From the sequence record OK428535.1: 64,000 nucleotides of DNA. One strand, given 5' to 3'. The notes under the pieces are model-generated. The model was given only the letters and a program-made list of their open reading frames with translations, was not told where the DNA came from and did not search any database. A program made the translations under genes and the position numbers. This document shows positions 34,724 to 43,584 of this stretch, piece by piece; positions within the stretch are counted from its first letter, which is position 1, and each line of letters starts with the position of its first letter. The DNA is from Escherichia phage vB_EcoM_Lh1B.

Positions 34724-35752
34724 GTGACAGCATTACCTTTTGAGGGCATTACAATGAAAACTGTGGCTAAATTGTTCCGCAGCAGCATTCGCTCTGCCGA
34801 GTTCCAAAATAACGTCGGTACCGATACTGTACGAGCACGCCGCCTAAAAGAGTTTCTAAAGGACGAGACTTATTCTGTTTACGTGGTACGGAATAAAGAA
34901 ACCTGGGAGGGTTATTTAGTGGCCACCTATCGACACGGTGACCCTACACTAACCTGTCACTATTTTGAGGAGTTTGTACCTGGGGCATTCGATAAAGTTG
35001 GTTTAGCCCTTGTGCTCGACCACACAGGCTTCGAATATATGTCGTGCCCGGCACCTACTGGCGATGTTGAACAAAAACTGGTCGAAAAAGGGTTTGTTCT
35101 TTCAGATATCGTCTGGGCATGTCATTCTAAACTGTTTGATAAAGTAATAACTGCATCGGAAATCAAGATTATTTCTGGTGACGCATACGCAGAACTTTCC
35201 AAGGACGACAAAGACGTTATCCTGAATCTGGTCAGTGGTGCAATTTGCGAAGAGCTAGAGTACGATGTGCGCGGCCACTATACGCACATTGGTCCGTTAG
35301 CAGAAACAGTAATAGCAAGAATTCAGCACGCTAATGTGGAAACCGCGATTNGGCNNNACGGGCGTGATATCGTCGGCATTGCCCAAATGCGTTTGGTCGC
35401 GCCAGGCGTCGTTGAACTTTCTGGCTTGACGGTTGCACCTACGCATCGTAAACGTGGCATTGGTCGCCGGTTAATGGGCGCGCTATTCGATTTCGCACAA
35501 CGTCACTCCGACCAAGTCTATATTGAAACAGCTGCTGATAATAATCCGGCAAATCATCTGTATGGCAACATTCTGCGTTGCAAACAGGTACTGCGTACGC
35601 TAACGTTGAAACGCGACCCNGAGCTTATNAGNTGGAAANGNGNAAAAGGGAACCGCGCCGACCGAGTGCTGAAAGAAGAACCTNGCCTCCCGGTGGAGAC
35701 CAACCCCAGACCAACGATTAATGACATGTTTCAATCTGGCATGAGAGGATAG
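34724..35752 (+). CDS. two-domain protein with C-terminal GNAT acetyltransferase domain
   Basis: HRKRGIGRRLMGALFDFA and NNPANHLYGN in the C-terminal third. Confidence 0.55.
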   Translation: MTALPFEGITMKTVAKLFRSSIRSAEFQNNVGTDTVRARRLKEFLKDETYSVYVVRNKETWEGYLVATYRHGDPTLTCHYFEEFVPGAFDKVGLALVLDHTGFEYMSCPAPTGDVEQKLVEKGFVLSDIVWACHSKLFDKVITASEIKIISGDAYAELSKDDKDVILNLVSGAICEELEYDVRGHYTHIGPLAETVIARIQHANVETAIXXXGRDIVGIAQMRLVAPGVVELSGLTVAPTHRKRGIGRRLMGALFDFAQRHSDQVYIETAADNNPANHLYGNILRCKQVLRTLTLKRDXELXXWKXXKGNRADRVLKEEPXLPVETNPRPTINDMFQSGMRG

Positions 35753-35758
35753 TAACGG

Positions 35759-36577
35759 ATGATAAGACCAATTTTAAAATGGATGGGTGGTAAGAGTCGT
35801 GTACTGTCCGAGCTTCTACAGGTGCTTCCGGATGCTGAGTATTTCGTTGAACCGTTTGTGGGTGCAGGGTCAGTGTTTTTAAACACTAAATACCCGAACT
35901 ATATTCTCGGCGNCACGAACCCGGACTTAATCGAGTTACTAACCATGGCGCGCGATCGTCCGGAAGCATTGATACTGGAAGCAAAGGCGCTCTTTGCAAA
36001 TGGGCTGGACCGCGGTCTGTACATGAAACGGNGNGNNGAAAAAAACAANGAGACAACCNCGGGGAAACCTAATNTCCAGCGCGCTGCGATGTTCCTGTAT
36101 CTTACACGTCATGGTTACAACGGCTTGTGCAGATACAATCAGTCGGGTGGGTTTAACGTNCCCTATGGTCAACATCCGAACGGTGTCTATTTCCCTGAAG
36201 AGGAAATTCTGGCGTGGGCAAAACGTTGTTCGGAAACTAACGTNGAGCNGCTCTGCGCCGACTTCCGCGACATCCTAAATAAGTGCCCATCTAACGCAGT
36301 GATATACGCTGACCCGCCATACATCCCACTTTCGGATACGGCTAAACATGCGCAGTATCACAGCAAGGAATTTTCACAAGCTGACCACCGCGAGTTAGCG
36401 AAACTTTTAAAACAACAAGCTGCCGATGGCAATAAGGTCGTTCTGTCAAACGCAGATACGTTACTCACACGTGACATCTACTACGGTTTTACCTGGCGTG
36501 AAGTTCAGGTGGGCCGATATATGTCCGCCGATGCGAATAAACGTAAAGCGGTGACAGAGCTAATCGGCACCTTATAA
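35759..36577 (+). CDS. dam: DNA adenine (N6) methyltransferase, Dam family
   Basis: VEPFVGAGSVFLNT (AdoMet site), GYNGLCRYN and catalytic DPPY all present and collinear with E. coli Dam. Confidence 0.88.
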   Translation: MIRPILKWMGGKSRVLSELLQVLPDAEYFVEPFVGAGSVFLNTKYPNYILGXTNPDLIELLTMARDRPEALILEAKALFANGLDRGLYMKRXXEKNXETTXGKPNXQRAAMFLYLTRHGYNGLCRYNQSGGFNXPYGQHPNGVYFPEEEILAWAKRCSETNXEXLCADFRDILNKCPSNAVIYADPPYIPLSDTAKHAQYHSKEFSQADHRELAKLLKQQAADGNKVVLSNADTLLTRDIYYGFTWREVQVGRYMSADANKRKAVTELIGTL

Positions 36578-36586
36578 GGTACCAAC

Positions 36587-37390
36587 ATGCAACTATTTAA
36601 TCTATACGGTATGGACAAAAATGACCTGACCGTAGAGTTTAGTGGTCGATTGACCACCTTGGGGCAACTCCGTGAACGGATTCAAGATTTGCGACCCGTC
36701 GCAGACCAAGAAGATGATCATTGGTTAGTGTTGAGCAATAGCGGTCGTGCGCAAATGTATTTTCGTGGATGTCGTTCAGGTATTGTTTACTACATCTACG
36801 AGTTGCACGTGCTTTCCGAGCCCCTGTTCCACGAGTGGAAGCGTTTAACGCGACTCCTGGAAGTGCAGATGCTTGATATTACCTGTTTTCCGCATGACAC
36901 CGAACATGCGGCATTGTACCAACGTCTGGGGTTCGAAGCTGTAACGAAGCGTGTGGAGATTACTGTCAGTCCGAAATACGGTTTTACGTCAGACCCATCG
37001 GTTGTCCCGTTGGAGACATTGTCATTAGAACAAACCCAAGATGTTTGCTATCTAATGCGACCCNCNCTAAAAGACGCAGGAACGCGTGAGATGTTGGGTG
37101 AATTAGCAAATGGTTTTGTCTCTGCGTTCGTGGGGTTGCGCGGTCAGAAACCGTTTTCATTAATGCTTTATAAGGAGTTCCCGAAGAGCATCATTACTGA
37201 GCAATTCTGCTGCCAAACTTTTGACCCGATTGCCTACTCGGTAGAGTTTCTAAAACACCACCACGCCATTTTGCATTTGGCGGGACAGAAAGGTAAGAAG
37301 GTCAACATGGGTGTTGCGATAGAGCACGAGTTTCCTTCTATCGAAGGGTTAGAGTATCGTGTAATCACGCATCACTACACCCTTGCGTAA
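36587..37390 (+). CDS. hypothetical protein (267 aa), possible acetyltransferase-like fold
   Basis: ORF; weak LYQRLGFE motif only. Confidence 0.5.
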   Translation: MQLFNLYGMDKNDLTVEFSGRLTTLGQLRERIQDLRPVADQEDDHWLVLSNSGRAQMYFRGCRSGIVYYIYELHVLSEPLFHEWKRLTRLLEVQMLDITCFPHDTEHAALYQRLGFEAVTKRVEITVSPKYGFTSDPSVVPLETLSLEQTQDVCYLMRPXLKDAGTREMLGELANGFVSAFVGLRGQKPFSLMLYKEFPKSIITEQFCCQTFDPIAYSVEFLKHHHAILHLAGQKGKKVNMGVAIEHEFPSIEGLEYRVITHHYTLA

Positions 37391-37399
37391 GGAGAGAAT

Positions 37400-38212
37400 A
37401 TGCTGAGAGTTATCGAACGCACGGAGAGGATTCTGGACCGAACGTGGTTGGAAGACCGTAAAGCGTTATCGTTGTTAAATGATATCGATCCTTCCACGTT
37501 ACAAGATGAACGTCGTCTTTACTACCGAATCTTTGAAGTGTTCAGTCGGGACACAGTTGCGCCTGATGCGATTGTGCTCTGTCTGGACCACGGATACATG
37601 TTAGAAGTTATCAACATGGTTCGTGCTTTAGACGCCCAGTTAACCTCGCTTGCGGATGCTTTACTCCGCTCGGCGGGGTGTAACTACGCGATGCATTTTA
37701 CTCGTTCGGAAGGGGACGAATATGCTCGCATGGGCTTTTGTTGCGAAACGATAAACTACCGCAAAATTAATACATCGGTGCCTAGCCACGATGAGGATTT
37801 CTGTGGGGATGTCAGTTCGTTGTTCGATAGTAAGAAAGCGTTCTTGGATTGGGTTAGAATGCTTTACGGTACAAGCTCTATCTACTCAACGCTCGTTATG
37901 GGTGGGAGGCTGATGTCGTGGCGGAACGCCGATAGCTACAAGTTGACAGTGCTCTCACATCGTGGACAACGCTGGGTTATTGGTGGATGGTTTACCGCAG
38001 AAGGGGTGGTTACCCTAAGCCGTGAGGAGTTCGGACTGTTGATGCATTGTATCCAATCCGAATTACCGGTGGGGGATGAATTAGTTTACACTTACCACCA
38101 ATATACTGGGGGACCAGCCGCAATGTGGTTATTAGAAAACGGTTGGCTACCCGAAAGTTATGTGTACGGACGTGCCCTGAAAACTACTAATGGAGAAAAT
38201 AATGCAAATTAA
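37400..38212 (+). CDS. hypothetical protein (270 aa)
   Basis: ORF. Confidence 0.55.
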   Translation: MLRVIERTERILDRTWLEDRKALSLLNDIDPSTLQDERRLYYRIFEVFSRDTVAPDAIVLCLDHGYMLEVINMVRALDAQLTSLADALLRSAGCNYAMHFTRSEGDEYARMGFCCETINYRKINTSVPSHDEDFCGDVSSLFDSKKAFLDWVRMLYGTSSIYSTLVMGGRLMSWRNADSYKLTVLSHRGQRWVIGGWFTAEGVVTLSREEFGLLMHCIQSELPVGDELVYTYHQYTGGPAAMWLLENGWLPESYVYGRALKTTNGENNAN

Positions 38213-38480
38213 TCGTACAGTGTCGAAGTCTAAAGAAGTCGTTTACAACGTTGAGGACGGCGACGTAATGCAGTTCCGTGCCGTTATTGACGAACAGCAC
38301 GTACTCCAAGTTGTTTATTCGAAAGAAGAGATGACTCGTGCACATAGTCGCGTGTTGGAAAAGCTCGTCGCGAAAGCCAAACAACGCGACGGCATTAAAT
38401 CCTACAACGTTATGTACGGTTATCAGTTACGTGAGGTGGAAGGGGAGCTGTTAATCACCCCTGTTCCGGTAACGGCGTAA
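38190..38480 (+). CDS. hypothetical protein (about 92-96 aa)
   Basis: ORF overlapping upstream gene end; alternative ATG at 38202. Confidence 0.45.
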   Translation: MEKIMQINRTVSKSKEVVYNVEDGDVMQFRAVIDEQHVLQVVYSKEEMTRAHSRVLEKLVAKAKQRDGIKSYNVMYGYQLREVEGELLITPVPVTA

Positions 38481-38508
38481 TTCGCCATTGTATGACCCTT
38501 AAACACCG

Positions 38509-39003
38509 TTGAGGTTAACTATGGATATGATCGAATTAGGTCAGCTCCCTCAGCACGATTTCGATTTAGGCGTGCGTCATGAGGAAGGGGCCGACGCGAA
38601 CACACTAATGGCCCGCTACTACGAGCTACTGACCGGTCAACCGTTGGACGATGAACACATCAACCGTTTTGAAAAACTGTTGGCACAACTCATCACCTCT
38701 AACGCAGAACGCATTGGCATGTTGAACGAAATGAACTTTGCCGATGTAGAGCCATCAGACGCTCAGAAGATTCTTATCGATGGTCCTGTGCCAAGCGATG
38801 AAGTACAAGACCTTCTGGCAGGTATCCGTGCAGGCTTCGATGAAGCTGCTGAGAAATACGCGGAAGAGCTGGCAGATGTCGATTTGGCTGCGCCGGTTGA
38901 CCCGAATCCGTCTGCAGAGGAGACGGCAGCTGCGAAATTGAAACTCGCACGCTTTATCTGTGCTGCTGTCCTGACAGACGACCGCGAAGAAAACCAACTG
39001 TAA
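38509..39003 (+). CDS. acidic hypothetical protein (164 aa)
   Basis: Asp/Glu-rich ORF; terminator downstream. Confidence 0.5.
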   Translation: MRLTMDMIELGQLPQHDFDLGVRHEEGADANTLMARYYELLTGQPLDDEHINRFEKLLAQLITSNAERIGMLNEMNFADVEPSDAQKILIDGPVPSDEVQDLLAGIRAGFDEAAEKYAEELADVDLAAPVDPNPSAEETAAAKLKLARFICAAVLTDDREENQL

Positions 39004-39007
39004 GGTT

Positions 39008-39045
39008 TGCCTCCTTGCCCACGGGTAAGGAGGTCCCTTTTTATT
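39008..39045 (+). terminator. rho-independent terminator
   Basis: CCTCCTT...AAGGAGG hairpin followed by TTTTTATTT. Confidence 0.6.
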
Positions 39046-39099
39046 TACATCAGTCCACTAACTTATGTGAAACAACCCACGTAAAGAGGAATTAAGAGA

Positions 39100-39417
39100 A
39101 TGTGGTTAAGTGCTATTCATCGTGACCTGCCGAAACGTAAAGTAACTATTAATGTCGATGCGGAACCGATTGAAGTCGGTATGGCTAAGTTCGATCGTAT
39201 GGAAGAAGGTCAGTTCGTCGTTGTGGATAATGATGAAAACGAATTCATGTTATTCCATCCCGAAGTTGATGCGTCTGAAATCCGCGAGGGTTCTATCTTG
39301 TTTTCTTGGCAAGACAAAGAAACTAAACAGTGGATGTGGTGCGTTGCTAACACAACCAATGAAAAAGGTACCGCGTATGCCCCAGGACAGCTTCATGTCG
39401 AACCTAAACCCCATTGA
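39100..39417 (+). CDS. hypothetical protein (105 aa)
   Basis: GAGG RBS; ORF. Confidence 0.5.
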   Translation: MWLSAIHRDLPKRKVTINVDAEPIEVGMAKFDRMEEGQFVVVDNDENEFMLFHPEVDASEIREGSILFSWQDKETKQWMWCVANTTNEKGTAYAPGQLHVEPKPH

Positions 39418-39709
39418 GCCCACGCTGACGCACCAGGAACTGCACGTCCGTTTTATTCGGGCGTTCACACCCCCGTTAGGTGGTGAGGTACACGATCGTT
39501 CCGTGGTTGCAGAAGTTAAAGGTATCGGCGAAGAACTAATGACACTGTCTAATATTGTGACGGGTGTTGAGTTCACGTTACCGTTAAACGTATTTCGGTT
39601 TATTCCGCGCGTAAACGAAACGCTGCTCATCGACCGTGTACATCATCGGATTATGGCGCAGGTACATCCTAGCCGTAAAGAGTATGTGCGCTTAGAGATG
39701 ATGGTCTAA
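39395..39709 (+). CDS. hypothetical protein (104 aa)
   Basis: In-frame ATG at 39395 within ORF-track entry 39152-39709; overlaps upstream gene by 23 nt. Confidence 0.45.
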   Translation: MSNLNPIEPTLTHQELHVRFIRAFTPPLGGEVHDRSVVAEVKGIGEELMTLSNIVTGVEFTLPLNVFRFIPRVNETLLIDRVHHRIMAQVHPSRKEYVRLEMMV

Positions 39710-39716
39710 CGCACGA

Positions 39717-39746
39717 CTTTTCAGATAGATGTTATTTTACTGAACC
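39717..39746 (+). promoter_or_regulatory. promoter-like element, copy E (TTTTCAGATAGATGTTATTTTACTGAACC)
   Basis: Same motif family; 26 nt upstream of gene 39772. Confidence 0.45.
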
Positions 39747-39771
39747 TAACTGTAAAGAAAGGAAAAAGTAG

Positions 39772-40077
39772 ATGGCTAAACAATACACAATTGTCAAACG
39801 TGCAGGTACGACTCTGCTGTACGTGGAGAAAGGTTGTGAGAACACTGCAACCGCCAAGAAACTGAATCTGCAAGGGTTTCTGTATCAAGGTCTCCGCGCG
39901 GGTTTGACCATCACTTTTAAAGGCTTACCACAGGCGAAGAATCTGCGCGTCGTACGTGCAGACGGTGTAGAGCGTGCCTTGGTAGCCGACACCCCGGTTG
40001 ATACTATCCCTGCCACTAAGAAGGCAGCGAAAGCAACCAAGAAAGTCGTCGATAAACGCAAACGCGTTGTCGCTTAA
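39772..40077 (+). CDS. small basic protein (101 aa), possibly DNA-binding
   Basis: Lys-rich C-terminus (KKAAKATKKVVDKRKR); terminator downstream. Confidence 0.5.
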   Translation: MAKQYTIVKRAGTTLLYVEKGCENTATAKKLNLQGFLYQGLRAGLTITFKGLPQAKNLRVVRADGVERALVADTPVDTIPATKKAAKATKKVVDKRKRVVA

Positions 40078-40082
40078 GTAGT

Positions 40083-40123
40083 CCCCTACCTAACTTCGGT
40101 TAGGTAGGGTTCTTTTTATTTTT
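40083..40123 (+). terminator. rho-independent terminator (UUCG loop)
   Basis: CCCTACCTAAC-TTCG-GTTAGGTAGGG followed by T-run. Confidence 0.7.
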
Positions 40124-40143
40124 AACCCTCTGGGGGATATACC

Positions 40144-40596
40144 ATGTTTCAATGTTCAGTCGTCAATGATGCGGAATTGGCCGTGTACAAGCAGCGCACA
40201 ATCCGGGCGCTGGATGCTGAAAAACCAGTCGATCTTAAAACGCGTGCAATCATTAGGGCATTTAGCGAATGGCCGAACATCGCAACCGTTTGGGCATTCA
40301 CGGGAGAAGTTCGCAAAGACGGAGACAAGCTTCGTACACGTAGACACCACAGCTTAACATTTGTGGCAACCGTGGCGGGTCTTAAAGACATTAACCATTT
40401 ATTAGAAGGATGGCAGCCGCACGAGTACGGGAAACGTTTTCAGTTAAACTTTACTTGGCTGCGTCAAGAAGGCAATGCGAATCTCTGTTATCCAAGCTGG
40501 ACGTTTAGACTCAACTATCGACCCGACCCAGATGTGATGGAAAGTGTGATGGAGCACTGGCTCGCACTCGCAATTTTTACAGAACACAACCATTAA
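40144..40596 (+). CDS. hypothetical protein (150 aa)
   Basis: ORF. Confidence 0.5.
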   Translation: MFQCSVVNDAELAVYKQRTIRALDAEKPVDLKTRAIIRAFSEWPNIATVWAFTGEVRKDGDKLRTRRHHSLTFVATVAGLKDINHLLEGWQPHEYGKRFQLNFTWLRQEGNANLCYPSWTFRLNYRPDPDVMESVMEHWLALAIFTEHNH

Positions 40597-40624
40597 ATGA
40601 AGACAACCTTAAGGAGAATTAAAG

Positions 40625-41095
40625 ATGCCAGTTTTATACGGCGGCGTGGACCTGGATGTTCTGGGTCGGTTTAAACTACGAACGTCTAAGGCGCTCGTAA
40701 ACGGTTGGGTTGAGAAAGGCGTACGGGATGCGTGTGAGGTCATTTGTAGTTATCCTGGTGCCACGACAATGTGGTCGTGTCACGGACACGGACCGTATTC
40801 TAAAAAGAACACACCGGGGGAATTTCATGTGGTGTTCGTTCTTGGCATCGGCTTTGAACACAAAGCACATGAGCTTGTCGCTGAGTTAATGAAAGCGGAT
40901 ATTCCGCCACTGTGGGATTTGTGCATGGCGAGACTCTTGTACCCTGATGAGGATTTCGTCTACGACCTCAGCGAGATCACCCTAAAGAACACGTATAACG
41001 CATGGAAAATAACGTATCGGCATCTGCATACCGAACAAACTCTTCGCGAAATTCGTAAAGTATTCCACACTGTCTGTAAAAAGGTTTTTAAGTAA
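40625..41095 (+). CDS. hypothetical protein (156 aa)
   Basis: AAGGAG RBS; ORF. Confidence 0.5.
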   Translation: MPVLYGGVDLDVLGRFKLRTSKALVNGWVEKGVRDACEVICSYPGATTMWSCHGHGPYSKKNTPGEFHVVFVLGIGFEHKAHELVAELMKADIPPLWDLCMARLLYPDEDFVYDLSEITLKNTYNAWKITYRHLHTEQTLREIRKVFHTVCKKVFK

Positions 41096-41793
41096 TGGCT
41101 AAGCAAAAGAAACCCCGTAACAAAAAGTATAACCCAAAAGCTGCTACAGAGCGTACAGCGCACACCATCGCTGAAAACGCACTGAACCGCATCACCTTTA
41201 TTGGCAGCTCCATTCGCCGCCTCGGCCCGTACGCGGGCCGCGGTTTTCACTTTACAGCAAGTCCACGTATTCGTGCTATCGCCNCAGACATGTTAGTCGG
41301 CGGATTGTTCGACCAACCGCGCCCATGGCACCTGTGGGTGATGCACCTCACCGAACTCGACAGCGGTGAGGTTGTGACTGAATCTGCCGTCGCCACGCTT
41401 GACGATTATACACTGGCTGATTTCTGCGAACATGCCGAAGAGCTGGTTAAATCGCTACGTCCTGAACAGGAAGAAGGGAAATATTTCGGTTATGCGTTTG
41501 TGGCCGCCCCGAACGAGCGGTACGACTTCAAAGCGGAAGAAGACCAACTCATTGAAAACTTCATGCATTCTGGACTACTTGATACGTCGTTACATCTGTC
41601 GGAAGAACAGCAGTTCGTTAGTCGTGCAGATATGGCAAAGTTACTTGTTGGTTATACTCGGAAGTTTGACGTGACCGTTGAACATGTCAAAGAAGTACCA
41701 GAGATTNTNANCNAGAAAGACGAGGTGGTGCTTCCGGTTGACGAGGTTGTCAGTAAAGTAGCGACTGCGATAGGGGCAACGGGGGATTACTGA
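41095..41793 (+). CDS. hypothetical protein (232 aa)
   Basis: ATG overlaps upstream stop; ORF. Confidence 0.5.
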   Translation: MAKQKKPRNKKYNPKAATERTAHTIAENALNRITFIGSSIRRLGPYAGRGFHFTASPRIRAIAXDMLVGGLFDQPRPWHLWVMHLTELDSGEVVTESAVATLDDYTLADFCEHAEELVKSLRPEQEEGKYFGYAFVAAPNERYDFKAEEDQLIENFMHSGLLDTSLHLSEEQQFVSRADMAKLLVGYTRKFDVTVEHVKEVPEIXXXKDEVVLPVDEVVSKVATAIGATGDY

Positions 41794-42002
41794 TGAATCT
41801 ACGTTGGCCGATCGTGGCTGCTGTGTTGTTTTGTATTTATATCGCCATCAGCACCAGTACCCGCACTGCAGAACGTCGCGAGACCGCAACCAGTACGTTC
41901 AGAATGTGCATTGACCGCGTAGACCCGAACAGTACCACTTATCCTGACGCGGTGAATGCGTGCCGTAAAGCAGTTGCTGAGATATTGAAAGAGGAAAATT
42001 AA
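41793..42002 (+). CDS. small membrane-anchored protein (69 aa)
   Basis: Hydrophobic N-terminus WPIVAAVLFCIYIAI; translationally coupled. Confidence 0.45.
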   Translation: MNLRWPIVAAVLFCIYIAISTSTRTAERRETATSTFRMCIDRVDPNSTTYPDAVNACRKAVAEILKEEN

Positions 42003-42229
42003 TGGAAAACCTCACGCCGGTTGAGATAGTGGCGCTATTCGATCGTTACGTATATGGACAAACGCAGGCAAAGAAAATGNTGGCGATTGCGCTACGTAAT
42101 CGATACCGTGCCAATAAACTTAACGTAGTGGACCGTATGTCGGTCCACAAACAGAACCTTTTAATAGAAGGTCCAACAGGCACGGGTAANNCNNAGTTGA
42201 TGCGTGAAGAAAAACAGAAACAAAAGTGA
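42002..42229 (+). CDS. HslU (ClpY) N-terminal fragment: AAA+ unfoldase N-domain truncated after Walker A
   Basis: LTPVEIVALFDRYVYGQTQAKK..AIALRNRYR...NLLIEGPTGTG matches the HslU N-terminus motif for motif; stop follows at 42227-42229. Confidence 0.6.
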   Translation: MENLTPVEIVALFDRYVYGQTQAKKMXAIALRNRYRANKLNVVDRMSVHKQNLLIEGPTGTGXXXLMREEKQKQK

Positions 42230-42237
42230 GGTAAAGG

Positions 42238-43245
42238 ATGACGAAGCTCGTTTCGTTTTCAGCAGGGTTGGATTCCACCTGGATAATGTATCAGCTGCTA
42301 TGCAAAGCACCGGCCAATGAAGCACGACATGTCCGTCCTGCGTATTTCTCCATGTGGAATGGAGGTAACGCGAACTTCATGGAAATTCTTTGTAGCGTGG
42401 CCATTGTTGAACGGTTGATGGATAGACACCATGCACAAACCGATCATGTTACATGGGCGGTGCTCGGGGAAGAGAACTTCCCGCCTGTCGTTACCGCTGG
42501 ATATGCTAACGGCTGGTCGCCTCTGGTTCAGCAGGGCAATGTTGTTAATGGTCTCGCTAAACTGATGTGTGGTATTACGCGCAAACAGCACCACGCCTAT
42601 GCAGTTGTTGGTTGGAATAAGCTAGATGCGTTGGAGAATAGTCTAGAGCTGGGAGATTGGACATTAGACGAGTACGCTCGCTTAAAGAACCTCTATAGCG
42701 AATTGATGTATTTCCAAGATCATGCCGGTCGCGTTCCACCGCTTCTAACACCTGCGTGGGATAAAGAGAAACTGGAAATGTGGCAGGAGTTGCCGGAAGA
42801 TGTTCGTAGGTTGGTACAGGTCAGTAACTACAACAACTACGAATTCGCGATAGACCGTGGGAATAACGTGCTCATCGTTTATGCCAATCCGTCAGCAAAG
42901 TCGCAGAATTATCGTAGTCTTGGTATTACACCGTCAGTGGGATGGGAGATTAAAATCAACGATGCTTACAGACGGGTATGGTGTTCTGCTCTTGGTAGTG
43001 CTATTTCTGCTATGGGTTTGGGCGTACCGGCTTTTGCTAACTTTAAGGACCCGGAAAGAAACCACACGNCCTTTACGGTAAGNGAAGATACTGACCGGTT
43101 ATGCATCACATCGTTTACCGCGGAAGAGTGGTGCGAGTATGCGCCACATTTTAAAGCGCTTCAGGAGAAAGAAAAAGAGANAGNNAAAAATGCCAAAGCA
43201 AGTAAAGCTGNGGACGCCCCAACTGGCGAAGNGGCGGATAGCTGA
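42238..43245 (+). CDS. hypothetical protein with N-terminal PP-loop-like motif (335 aa)
   Basis: LVSFSAGLDST resembles the SGGxDS PP-loop of ATP pyrophosphatases; 3' end N-containing. Confidence 0.4.
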   Translation: MTKLVSFSAGLDSTWIMYQLLCKAPANEARHVRPAYFSMWNGGNANFMEILCSVAIVERLMDRHHAQTDHVTWAVLGEENFPPVVTAGYANGWSPLVQQGNVVNGLAKLMCGITRKQHHAYAVVGWNKLDALENSLELGDWTLDEYARLKNLYSELMYFQDHAGRVPPLLTPAWDKEKLEMWQELPEDVRRLVQVSNYNNYEFAIDRGNNVLIVYANPSAKSQNYRSLGITPSVGWEIKINDAYRRVWCSALGSAISAMGLGVPAFANFKDPERNHTXFTVXEDTDRLCITSFTAEEWCEYAPHFKALQEKEKEXXKNAKASKAXDAPTGEXADS

Positions 43246-43573
43246 AAAACGGAATTTGCCAAAGCTGGATATAACGGTTAAGTCGGGGCTGAAATATTTG
43301 GCACCCGACTGGGACTTTCTGATGGACTACAAGAAGTCTGACAAAGGCCCCGACGCAGAAGCTGCGTATACCAAACGCTACCTGCAGAAACTTAGTCGGT
43401 TGTTTGATGAAGACACCGATAAGTTGATAGAGATTCTCCGCCAGGGCGAGGTCGTACTAATGTGTTATTGCCCACCGGGGAAATTCTGTCATCGCCACTT
43501 GCTAGTTTCCTACCTTATTGAAATCGGTGAGTGGTTCGGTTATGAAGTAATTTACATGGGCGAGTTATCGTAA
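43190..43573 (+). CDS. DUF488-like protein (127 aa)
   Basis: C-terminal VVLMCYCPPGKFCHRHLL resembles the conserved Cys...CHR motif of DUF488; overlaps upstream ORF across Ns. Confidence 0.4.
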   Translation: MPKQVKLXTPQLAKXRIAEKRNLPKLDITVKSGLKYLAPDWDFLMDYKKSDKGPDAEAAYTKRYLQKLSRLFDEDTDKLIEILRQGEVVLMCYCPPGKFCHRHLLVSYLIEIGEWFGYEVIYMGELS

Positions 43574-43584
43574 GGAGAGTCCTC

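Noticed and set aside
36587-38212. Two further GNAT acetyltransferases
   Set aside because: Only weak single motifs (LYQRLGFE, YARMGF) without a clear acetyl-CoA-binding motif A, so they are left as hypothetical proteins.
40144-41095. Genes 40144 and 40625 as a paralogous pair
   Set aside because: Similar size and position, but similarity by eye is too weak to assert without an alignment.
42238-43245. QueC-like 7-deazaguanine synthesis enzyme
   Set aside because: Only the N-terminal PP-loop-like motif matches. The C-terminal zinc-binding Cys cluster typical of QueC is not evident and no other que or dpd genes are nearby, so only a generic PP-loop-like call is made.
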